A model generated the notes under the pieces. The model was not told where the DNA came from. It made no database searches and saw only the letters and a list, made by a program, of their open reading frames with translations. The position numbers and the translations under genes are program-made. A DNA stretch of 58,093 bases from Nemertoderma westbladi (taxonomy: Eukaryota; Animalia; Xenacoelomorpha): assembly GCA_032718475.1 (NCBI GenBank), contig JAUCBJ010007347.1, positions 1 through 58,093 on the forward strand, written 5' to 3'. How positions within the stretch are numbered: the stretch's first letter is position 1; the number at the start of each line of letters is the position of its first letter. Shown here piece after piece: positions 41,920 to 52,833 of this stretch.

Positions 41920-43428
41920 CTAATTAACCGACAGTGAATGGTCACTGTCGGACGTATCCTCCACAGGATATCCGAACTGATTGAAACGGAAATCAACTCC
42001 GCTAGCTTTTATCTTATCATTCCATTGACGGTTCAGGATACTCAATTCAACTCCATTATCCGCACCCTCGAAGGCGATGTGACACTTCTTTAATTCTGGA
42101 ATAATTTCTTGCTGGAACTTCAGCTCACAGATATCAGTTACAACTTCCGTTTTGAGAGACATGTAATGAATTGTGATGCTCTCTAGCTTCTTACAATCTC
42201 TTACCATCGAAACGAAGTCAACACGTATTTCTTCATCCTGTCCGCAGGCCATTACCAACTCTTTCAGACATTGGTCCATGTGATCACCTAGATAGCGGAA
42301 TAGTATAGATAAGCCGTCGACTGTTTCCATCTCAAATGTTAATAATTCGAACTTCGTCAGAGGAGGTCGTCCTTTTATCAAGCGAATCAGCGAATAAACG
42401 TCAACTGTAACGAATTCGAACAGCATATGAACCGAGAGCTCGGGGTTGGCTTTTCTCCACGGGCTGTTGTTATTATCAGCAACAGGTAGAACATTATCAG
42501 ATCCAGTCAGGCAGAGGCGGAGTACCAATAATATTAGATGGGGACTGTTAGTCAGAATTCTTTCTAATATATCTGGATTCAAGTAGTTATAATTGATATC
42601 CAGGTTCGTCAACGCCTTCAATGAAGTGAGCGGTCCCATAGCAGATGATATAGGCCTCGCAGTAGATGCGGCAGATGGATGAATTAATTCATCGATTTTG
42701 ATCTTCCTTAAAGATCCGCGGTTGTGTCTCACCAAACTTTCTATTAATCGAACACCGTCAATTAAAGGGTTTACTTGCAAATTTATTAGTGTCACGACTT
42801 CTAACTCTTTCTGTGATCGGAAGAATTCATTTAAATGCTGATAGAACAGCGATATTGTTGTGTCATTGATACCGAAAGCCATCCCTTGAAAGGGGCCACA
42901 TAATAGACCGTCTAGACTGAATTGTTTTAGCTGGGATACCTTAAGATGATCCACTGATTGGCTGAGGTGCCATAACATCTGTTGTCTGCTTAGCCTCCCA
43001 TTGCATCGGATTTCAACTTTTTCCATATGAACTCCGTATTGTCTAAATACTTCAATCTCTTTCTTATCGTGATGCCGTTCTCCACTGATGGTAATATCTC
43101 TCGTTCTCCAATGCCCCGCATCTTTCTGGGCCTCATTCCATTTGAGACAAGTTCCGCCGGCTGACAACCGATCGCATTCTGGTAAATAGCTGAACAAATT
43201 AGAAATAAGTTCGTGTGGAAGTGCTGCCCAATCAGGGTATCGGGTTGATGTTGACCCTTCGTTATCTGGCAGTTCTTTGGAGATCTCAATGATTTCATCT
43301 TCGCTATCACCACCGGGGATATAACGTTTATGTCCTAAGCCGTTGTCGCTCTCACTATCTGATGCACAAGGGAGATGTCGCTTCAGTGAAGACTGTTTTC
43401 TGGAAGGGCCAGGTTGATCTCCCATCAT
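41920..43428 (-). CDS. F-box/LRR-like protein, copy 2 (intronless, 502 aa)
   Basis: F-box DWAALPHELISNLFSYLPECDRLSAGGTCLKW followed by LxxLxL-type repeats (LKQFSL, LEVVTL, LRKIKI, LTNLDI, LKELVM). Confidence 0.88.
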   Translation of the reverse strand: MMGDQPGPSRKQSSLKRHLPCASDSESDNGLGHKRYIPGGDSEDEIIEISKELPDNEGSTSTRYPDWAALPHELISNLFSYLPECDRLSAGGTCLKWNEAQKDAGHWRTRDITISGERHHDKKEIEVFRQYGVHMEKVEIRCNGRLSRQQMLWHLSQSVDHLKVSQLKQFSLDGLLCGPFQGMAFGINDTTISLFYQHLNEFFRSQKELEVVTLINLQVNPLIDGVRLIESLVRHNRGSLRKIKIDELIHPSAASTARPISSAMGPLTSLKALTNLDINYNYLNPDILERILTNSPHLILLVLRLCLTGSDNVLPVADNNNSPWRKANPELSVHMLFEFVTVDVYSLIRLIKGRPPLTKFELLTFEMETVDGLSILFRYLGDHMDQCLKELVMACGQDEEIRVDFVSMVRDCKKLESITIHYMSLKTEVVTDICELKFQQEIIPELKKCHIAFEGADNGVELSILNRQWNDKIKASGVDFRFNQFGYPVEDTSDSDHSLSVN

Positions 43429-44254
43429 GAGAATAACTTCCGGTACTTAAATATGTTTAAATAAACTACTGGGATGATAAGTTATGCTACTGTAGAAAGA
43501 GGTAATTGTTTTTAAGTGAATGAATAATTGTTTATTAATTAGCTTCTAATTTCATGATACTAGTATATTATTTGTGAGCAAGTAATGATGAACGGACAAA
43601 TTAGTTTCTAGAATAGACACTTGCGCAATTACATTGGAAACACAGTTCTATAGCAATAAATAACTGGTATTTATGTATATATCTACTGTAGGTATATTTT
43701 TAGTAAGGCATGTAGAACGTCTGATTTCTACAGGGCTATCATTATTATTTTCCGCTACAGTATGCAGTTTAGTAAAATCGGAACATTTGAATTCTTGCAG
43801 TCTAAGTTTCTAACTTTCTCCATAGCAGTACAGGCAAACGGTAGACCTGGGAATAACACCGTTGATGAATGTGTTATATGTCCTCAATACACGTCATTAT
43901 GCTATGTACAGTACCTCCCAGGCCCAGCAGTCCTACAGATCACCTACATACATTATTTTTCCAACGCTATTGAACTTGACCCTCGATTTATATTCTCACT
44001 TTTAGTCTGTTAAGTAAATATAAAAGGGATCGACCAAGCAGCAATTCGCAATCCCTGCAAAATAAATTTGTTGAATTATACGAATTACATCGTCGTGAGA
44101 AATACTCAAAATTTATATTAAAATATTGTCTTCTTAAATTGTTACTTTTTTTTCTCGAATATCAGGAAATCGGGAGAAAATGGAGTACTTTGCATATGGT
44201 AAAACAGATAACCCAAAGGTAACCCAAAGGTTTGCATTGATAAGGTCTATACAG

Positions 44255-44539
44255 GGGACACGATGGGGCCGTTGGACGGGGCAAGGGGTGTCCCCTACGT
44301 TGCTCAGTAACGCCCCCTTCCAGGGAGGGACTGTTGCTAGACTGAAGGCGGTCTCCAGGAACGCATTCCATCCCGCCGACTCCAAGTTCGTCTACCATCT
44401 AGAGGTCGCCGGTCCTATTCTTCCTTCCAACCTCCGTAACATCGTCCACTTAATCACCAACAGCGGTGCCAATAGCGACGCTATTCTAACTACCTTCGGC
44501 AATCATTTCACTACGGCGTTTAACGCTGACTTTTATTAA
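44255..44539 (+). pseudogene. DONSON: DONSON-like C-terminal fragment (isolated exon or pseudo-exon)
   Basis: G.xPTLLS..PF.G.T...LKA.S.N...LEVAGPILP..L..I..L...S..A.L...T..FN matches the DONSON C-terminal pattern as I recall it. Preceded by a CAG acceptor-like site. Confidence 0.55.
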
Positions 44540-44728
44540 TTAAATTATTTATTTGCAATAAAATATAATATAATTAAATAATATTAATTAAATAATATAT
44601 CTTTATAGAATTCCATGGTTTTACCTTCACATAAACTGAAGCTTTAGGCCTACCGTTACTTGTTATTATCATCACCAAACATCGCATTGTACAGCACGCC
44701 CAAACGTCAGACCATAAGTACAAGTACA

Positions 44729-47700
44729 CGTTCGTGGGGCCTTCGCGCAGCACGAGGCCCAGTTATGAGATACAAATTAAAATTGTGCGACTGTATCACA
44801 AAATCAGGTTATGAGAGATTAACCAACACCACCAATTAATCAAAGAAAGGGGGACAGTACGTGTTCACCCCTTTTAATCTGCACCCCCCCCCCCCCCCTC
44901 CCTTCCCACCCACCAATACATAACCGCGACATCTACCACCCACGGAAGGGTAGCACGAACTTATTTCCAAACGCACGTTCAATATGCAAAGCCAGGTGGT
45001 TTATAGGAATATAATCAATGCAGTACTCGTCTTCATTATAAGCCTCTTTGCGTTCGACCTGTTTTGTATTAAAATATATTTATTAAACGCAGGCTGACGC
45101 TCTTTATAATAATAATACCTAGGGATGCCAGCTTCCAGACTTTCAATCTTTACTGCCGCGCAAACCCCGCAGAGGAAGTTTTGGTTTGAGAGATCAAGCC
45201 CATCGGCAATTGGTGTTTCAATTTCGGTCCAGGAACTCTGACAATGGGAGCATTCAATCTTAGCTGTGGTCCATTCCCGTGGTTTCGGCTTCCTTTTCTT
45301 CGTCCCAATGACAGATTCTTCTGAAGACGTTCGATTCGCTTTCAGTTTATTGTTGGCGTTTGTGTTTTGAAGTTGTATTCGAGTGGACAGTCGCGCCGGT
45401 TTCGAGGTAACCATACCGACCTGTGATAAGCGTTGGTTTTGTTGAGTGTCGGTATTCATCTTCTCTCACCTCTTCAATGTCAGATGTTGCAAATACTGAT
45501 AACACGAATAACGGTATATATTTCAATACTTGTCAATAGTAATATATATAATTTAGATAACTATTTTATATCTGTACTGTTGAGCAAACTCTACATAAAT
45601 TTCAACCTGTGTATCGCCGGTAGGGCTGTTGCTGTGCAAGTGCTAGTTGCCACCGGTCAGCCGGTACCGGTAGTAGGGTGGTACCATGGCCTACTACACA
45701 CAGGCCATGACAAGGACTTTGCTGTGAAATTAGCGTAGGCTGACTGGTGACTGATGAATTATCAAATATTATATTTTCCATGAATGCAGGGTCCATATTT
45801 AAAAGAAGATGACTAGATTTTCGTAAAGAATTTAATTGAAACAGTATTTAATAATAAATAAATTAATTATCGCTCGAGTTCCTGCAGCTTTTATTCGTGG
45901 CAGGAATGTTTGAACGCTAATAAGTCGGTCAATCAAGGATGAAATGGAACCAAACTTGGTACACTTGTAGTCTTAAAAAAATTTAGAAATTCTACACACA
46001 GACAGACTTCTACAGTTCCCCGGTCTGCCGCTAGGGGGCGAATTAACAGAAACGTAAAAATAGCTGTAATTATAGAACCAACGATCAGATTCATCTGAAA
46101 TTTAGTAGTAGTTACCTAAGAGCATTGCTTAATTAGAAATTCTACAGAGACTTTTACAGTTCCTGTCTGCCGCTAGTGGGGAATTGTTAGAGCTCCAGTT
46201 CAACGTGCTTAGCACGGTTTAATAAACAATCAATTAATTATTTTATTCAATACAGTAATTATAACAGTAAAATGCAATGTATTCTATTTTTTAGTGAAAT
46301 CAAGAGATAGGAGGGGGGTGGGACTGGACGCAAATCCCATCTTGGCGAATTAATATCCCGCCTCAATATTAATTTCTAAATTTTGGGAAAGGAGCAGGTT
46401 ACAGTGGCACGTTATTTTAACCAAAACAATAAAGTAAACACAATAGAACAGGTTACAGTTTTATTTTTGAGAGTAATCAGCTGTTGTTATTTGCGTCCAA
46501 TTTCCCCTGGAGAGGGATGAATTTTTATTGCGTCCAGTTCCCCCCCCCCCCCCCCCCCCCTATCTTGAAATCAAATACCAAAAATATATTTATTATATGA
46601 ACAATCTATTTGGAAATTGTAAGTTCGGCCTATCTCTTTACCATAAGCTCAGTATCTTTATCTGGTGTGTTTTTATTATTTTACCAATTATTTAATATGT
46701 TTGATAGAATTGAACAACACCGCCCAACACAACCAACTCTCTATCCGCCTCGAGCATCGAGAATACGAGAAACTCGATCGAAATACCTGCTTATCCTAGT
46801 AGTATCCGTCCGTAGTCAAGTCACCGGACCGCTGCGGTTTACTCCCGTAGAACAGTAGAATTCCCGCAGCTTCCGACCCAATTCGACAACGAATTCGCTT
46901 CACACTTTCGCGTCACAGAGAACGTAATCCAGTGCGATAACGTCTGCCCAACGTTCAACCATTTCCCCCAGGCGATCCCAGGATCCGGGCCGCCGCTAAA
47001 CCCAGATCGCAATCCTCGTCGATTCGTCCAGTCGTCGACGTAAGTCAGTAAGTGGGACTCTTCCCACCGCACTCCAAGGTGGGTGACCGGAGTGAGGCAT
47101 GATGAACTTGGCAGTGGCCCGCATTACGATCTGACCGACCGCCGTATTCCCAGTGTCTGAGTGTAGTAAATACCCGCATAGAATCGTACTGACAAACAAG
47201 CAATTCCGTAGTATTCCCCCGTTAATCACCTCTTGAAGCAACTCGGCTGCTCGGGTCCAGATACATCGGACTGTCGGGAGCGTTTCAGACAGTAATGGAG
47301 CGGCATTTGCGAATATTTCCAATGGTTTTATAATAAATAAGGGGATTCAACAGTTCAATGCTAAAACAAATGGATTATTCCTAACCCCACCCCAATACAG
47401 CAATATACCTAACAGTATATAGCTTAGGTACCACAGTCTGACTAGCTTTAAATATTAGAGTATGAAAATTATTATAGGACCCTCATGGAAACGAGGTATA
47501 TACCTCATGAGGCTATCCTTACACCAGAACCTTTTATTTAAGTAAATAAACATTTTATAAGTTGACTATCTACATAAATCAGTATTGGTGCTCCTAAATA
47601 TCTAGTGTTATTACTTGTACTGTAGGCCTAATATCGTAACGTAATCTTTATAAATGTATTATTGTGAATTTTAAAAGGTTTAATTATGTGTAAAAAACAA

Positions 47701-48576
47701 TCAATCAATCAAACCATAATCAGCACAGTCAGCCTACGCATGGGTGGTACCTACGGTGCGCACTACAACTGTACAACGGCAGTACAGCAATACAGCAATA
47801 CGGTGTACCGTGCCAAACTGCCAATGACTGAATGATTAGCGGTAACTACTGAACTATCTAAACTATTATATTATTATTACCGGTACTAGGCTAATTAGGC
47901 CTAAACTATAATCACTGCAAGGGTTTCCGGGGCCATGTTTAGATTACATGATATGGCATGTCTGCAGTGTATGGTACCGGCTGACCTGTATTACAGCCTG
48001 ACAGTACCGGTACAAATGGTACATGCAGATTGGCAGACAGCCCCTATGTTTTGCAAAATTTGTCAGATTGCAAAATTTTTCAGGGATTGAGTACAGCCTG
48101 ACAGTACCGGTACACATGGTAGGCCTACATGCAGAATTGCAAAATTTGTCAGAAAACCCAGCTGATTTATCCTACAGTAATAATAATTTAACGCATTTTA
48201 AATTTGGATAAACAAATGTATTATAACTGCAATAACAGTTACACTGATGCTGCACGAAGGCCCCACGCAAATTCTACTTGGAAAATTTTCAAACTTTTGC
48301 CAAACAACATGTGTACCAAGTTTGGATAGATTTCATCAAGGATTGGCCGAGTTATTAACGTTTAAAATAAAATACTGAAAAAAAACGCGACAGAACGACA
48401 GAACGACAGGTTGATTAATGGTACCACTACGCTAAGGCTCTCTCACTTCGTGGCTCGCCCCACAGGTTGATTAATGGTACCACTACGCTAAGGCTCTCTC
48501 ACTTCGTGGCTCGCCCCACAGGTTGATTAATGGTACCACTACGCTAAGGCTCACTCACTTCGTGGCTCGCCCCACA
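44729..48576 (-). mobile_element. Long family 1 variant (copy D) with a different interior and three tandem 56-bp termini
   Basis: First about 400 bp and last about 330 bp match copies A-C; ACA at both junctions. Termini at 48409-48464, 48465-48520 and 48521-48576. An internal IR of the left end lies at 48248-48267. Confidence 0.7.
46304..46566. mobile_element. MITE, possibly Mutator-like
   Basis: TIRs GAGATAGG(G)n..ACTGGACGCAA / TTGCGTCCAGT(C)nTATCT, with flanking direct repeat (T)GAAATCAA of 8-9 bp. Related fragments at about 56707-56765 and 57861-57965. Confidence 0.65.
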
Positions 48577-49399
48577 AAGAGAGTTCCATTAATTTCGAAA
48601 TCCCGCTGATCCCCCGCCAACTGCTTAGCAGGCTCCAGTTTATACAGGCTAATTACTGTCTACGTTCATTATACGTTCAAATTGCGTTGTATTTGCACGA
48701 CCCACAACATACTCTCTGTACAGAGCGTATGGTCTTCGTTGAATTGAAGTTAAGAAATAACGTAAATTCAATGTGGTTCATTAGTTGGTTCTGCATTGAC
48801 GTAAATTCGACAACATCTGCACTTAAACTGGAAATACTATTATAAAGATTATGTTAAAATGTGGTTGAAAATACGTTTAGACGTAATTTGGATATATTTT
48901 CGACGTCCATTGCTACTAGGGGTTATTGTTGAAAATATAATATATAATTGGTTGTATCAAACACATATCTCATTGTATTATATTATACTTTTTTAAAACA
49001 TGTACAAACAAAAATATACTTTGTATTTTACATGATGTACATGTTTACATAATATTGTAATTAACAACTTGCAGACTTGAATTAGTTGAGTACATAATAT
49101 TTATTCCGATAGTTTTGGCGTAAACGGTGCTTCATATACATTTTGATGTAATTTAAAACGGTTTTCCGATTAGGAATCTGCAGATGAAGGCGGTTCTTAT
49201 AATGATGTCGAGATTACATTCCAATTTCAGTCTAGATTTCCGGCCTAGCTACTGCATACTGCGGGGCGTGCTACCCCTAATGTCTAAATGCAGAAAAGTC
49301 CCACCTACACTACTACTACTAGGATCGGCATGCTGCATTGCAGCTGCATTTTTTAGAATGATGTGCCGGCTTATCGACAAAATTGCACCGCCACAACTC

Positions 49400-50905
49400 C
49401 CTATCACCCACAGACCCATGACATTTGCTAGATCATCCGCATCTTCAAGGCTAGTGTCCTTTAAGATGCGTCTCAAGAAAGTCATGGGCTGTCCCCCATG
49501 CTTATTCACTCCATGAGGCTGCCAAAGTACAAGATTATGCACTGGCTGGTCCTCACGGCGAAAGCAATGTCCTGCAAAGCGGAGGCGATTTTGTTCTAGT
49601 GTCAAGCTTGTGGGAACCAATGAGACACCTCCAATGTTATATAGTGTCTGGTTGGAGATGTGTACATTGTACTTGACACAATGAACCCGGCGTAGCATTC
49701 TTGTGAATGTGCCATCCAGAGATTTGGTGTCCTCAGCAGTTAGAGCCCAGCATGGACTCCCATAGAGGAGTACTGGAACTACTGCTGCTCTAAATAATCG
49801 GACCTTAAGTTTCCGATTAATTCTCGGTGACTTCCAAATCCTGGAAAGCCCATTCTAGGCTGCCCATGCCTTTCCCTTCGGTATTCGAAGGTCCTCACCT
49901 GACTTCCGGATCCATGATCCCAGGTAACAGGAAGTCATCCACATGCTCAAGCATACCATCTTTTGAGCTTATGCTCATCCGATCAGAGACTTGCTGAGGA
50001 CTTTCAAAGTTAACTATTAAAATTTTGGTCTTTCTGGAGTTAATAAAAAGTCCAACACTAGAAGCAGCATGTTCTAATGAGCTGAGGAGCCGTTGGGCTC
50101 CCTCTAGTGATTCTGAGAGTACTCCTACGTCATCAGCAAAGTCTAGATCAGTTAGGTACTTGGCAGGATTTCCTCGACTTCTGGAGCCAGTAGGTGGAGT
50201 TAACATCACCCCGTCATCATTATGATGATCTAAGGACATGCGTAGAACATAGTCAACAACAATTATGAACAAGAATGGTGCAAGTGTGTCTCCACGCCCC
50301 ATAACACTTCAAATGGTTCTGTGTCACCGTCAACAGTAGACACAAATGTTGTCGAACCATCGTATACTGATTTGATTGCTGCAATAATTTCATCAGGAAT
50401 CCCATATAATGAAAGTATGCTGAACATACGTGAGCGAGAGACTGAATCAAAGGCCTTGAAGAAGTCAACAAAAGATAACAGCCAAATGCCTGTCTTTCTT
50501 TTTTGATAACTCTTCAATTATCCTTCTAAGTGCCAAAATGGGCTCCATGGTCCCACGACCTTATTTACGGAACCCATTCTGATTTCCACGGAGCAGTCTC
50601 TCAATGGGATCCCTGATGCGATTTAATGGAATTCTATTGTATAGCTTTGCAGCAATCGAGATCAATGAGATTCCCCGAAAAGAACCATAGAGTGTTAGGT
50701 TGCCCTTCTTGGGAACTGGCACCAACTTATTTGTTTTCATTTCTTGTGGGACTCTTGTTGTTCGGTACATGTCTACTATGATGGGATATATGCGCTTTAA
50801 ACACTCAGGTATTTTAAAGACCTAAGGGGGAACACCATCTACTCCACTGGCACGATTGGTCTTAATGCTCTTTGCAGCAGCCTTCACTTCTGCAAAGGAG
50901 ATATC
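49400..50905 (-). pseudogene. 5'-truncated, frameshifted RTE-like non-LTR retrotransposon RT
   Basis: PKKG.L....FRGISL...AAKLYNRI, NQNGFR, FVDF.KAFDSV, GDTLAPFLFIIVVD, DLDFADD, GL.IN..KTK. Confidence 0.9.
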
Positions 50906-51735
50906 ACCAATGGGTCCAAATAGTCCCACCTACAGCAGTCATGTAGTACAGAGCTAGAGCAGTAGACTGGCTGACTGGTAGAGGACAGTATGCAGTAGGA
51001 GTAGGAGCTAGGACAGTAGGAGGGAGGACTGTTGGACTACAGTATAAGACTGTAAGTGTGTAAGATGTAGAAGGACTGAAGGGCATTAATCAGTTAAGGA
51101 TTGCTGGATTGGCTGCTGATTGGCGTTATTCTGAATTTCTGCATTACATGACACAGATGATGTAGCTGTCAGGCTGTGTAGGTCTGCAGTGCACTGTCTG
51201 ACTGTAAACCAAGATCAGACAGTCAGACAGTCAGAAGATTGCCAATGGAAGCGTTCAACCATTCCGTTTGCCTTGCCCCACACCCACTGCAGCACTGGCA
51301 CTGTAGCACTGGCCTAATCGCTGTATTGCTGGGTTGTTCAGTATTGTTGAAGATGAGATGGGTCTATCTATCAAACAGGCACCACTTTTTAAATGGAAAA
51401 CATACAGTCGTTAGTTTTGTTTACTTAGCCTGTTAGCTGATTTCAGACTTGGGCTAGTTAAGCTTAAGGCTGTAAGGCGACTTTCAGTGACTTTGGCTGT
51501 TTGGGACTTGCTGATTGCTGGATTGGGGTGTTTCGTGTTTCGTATATCCACTAGCAGACTAGATAGAGCAGTAGTGTAGTGAGTGACTGAGTGTGGGATA
51601 TTGGTTTGTTTTTTAGGTTAGGGCAGTCGTTACTGCGTTAGGGTTTGTTGACTAGACAATACCGGTAGGCCCGCTGTCAGGCAGTCAGGCTGTTGTAGTT
51701 TCGGACATTACTATTTAGGCCTAACATAATCTAAA

Positions 51736-52290
51736 TTTCATTGAAATTAGATATGGAATGGAAACTGGGATATCGGCTTTCAATAAGTTGCATGGTTTTG
51801 CACCTGTCAGCCTGCACAAGGCTATTTTATTCTTTTAAATAAATATATCTTATTCCGGATCATTTTTTGATGTATGACTGTCTGACTGTATGAATAGCCA
51901 AGTGCAGAAGTGCTAACGTTTTCATTGAAATTAGATATGGAATGGAAACTGGGATATCGGCTTTCAATAAGTTGCATGGTTTTGCACCTGTCAGCCTGCA
52001 CAAGGCAATTTTATTCTTTTAAATAAATATATCTTATTCCGGATCATTTTATGATGTATGACTGTATGAATAGCCAAGTGCTAACGTACTAGTTCCGTAT
52101 TTATAGACATATTATATTGCATTGTTGCCCAGCTACCGGTTGGGGGCCTACTTATGAGTATGACTGTATGACAGTATGAGATAAACTAAATTTTCCAGAA
52201 TAGGGTGTATTTATTATATCTGTATATAGAATAAAATCGCCTTGCAGCCTTGTGCAGGCAGATAGGCCCTATGCAAAACCATGCAACTTT
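51736..52290. repeat. Tandem duplication (about 180 bp) plus a partial inverted copy
   Basis: TTTCATTGAAATTAGATATGG... at 51736 and 51920; inverted GCCTTGTGCAGG...GCAAAACCATGCAACTT at about 52247-52289. Confidence 0.75.
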
Positions 52291-52833
52291 CGAACATCCA
52301 AAAAACTTGTTAAAACTAAAAAAACTTTGTTAAAACTTAATTTTATTTATTTAAACAGCAAGGGAAAGGAGCATAACAGAGGCAGTGTTTCCTAATCAAA
52401 GCAATAAATAAAACATAGGATAATTTAATTTGTGCCCAATTTGCTCTGGAGATCACCTTTTCACTTGCGGTAAATGTGCGCAACTACTTGCAGCAGTCCG
52501 TATAACTAAAGCGTCATATAATGCATGTAATGCCATGTTGTCCTTACTTAATGCCTTGGCTTGCAAGCCATACTGGCTGACTGGTTAGATAATTTCAATA
52601 AACATTAAACATTTTATACTCTAATACCGGTACCGGTATATAGAATGCATGAAAGTTACTAGTCAGTGGTCACTATCATTCCCGAATGACAGAATGAGTT
52701 TCATTCTAATGTTAAAATGTCAATTATAGTTCACAGTTTTCAAGTTTCATCAGTTTATGTAGGCATAAATTTGATATTATATATAGACAATTCGAAATCC
52801 ACCAAGCCTATGTTACATCAAATTTAAATTAAA

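Larger units (their letters stand above)
37295..44508. repeat. Tandem segmental duplication (unit 1 37295-41295, unit 2 41519-44508)
   Basis: Both units begin ACAGTACAAGTGTACATAATT and end CTTCGGCAATCATTT. High identity, with indels (e.g. 40294-40754 is absent from unit 2). Confidence 0.92.
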
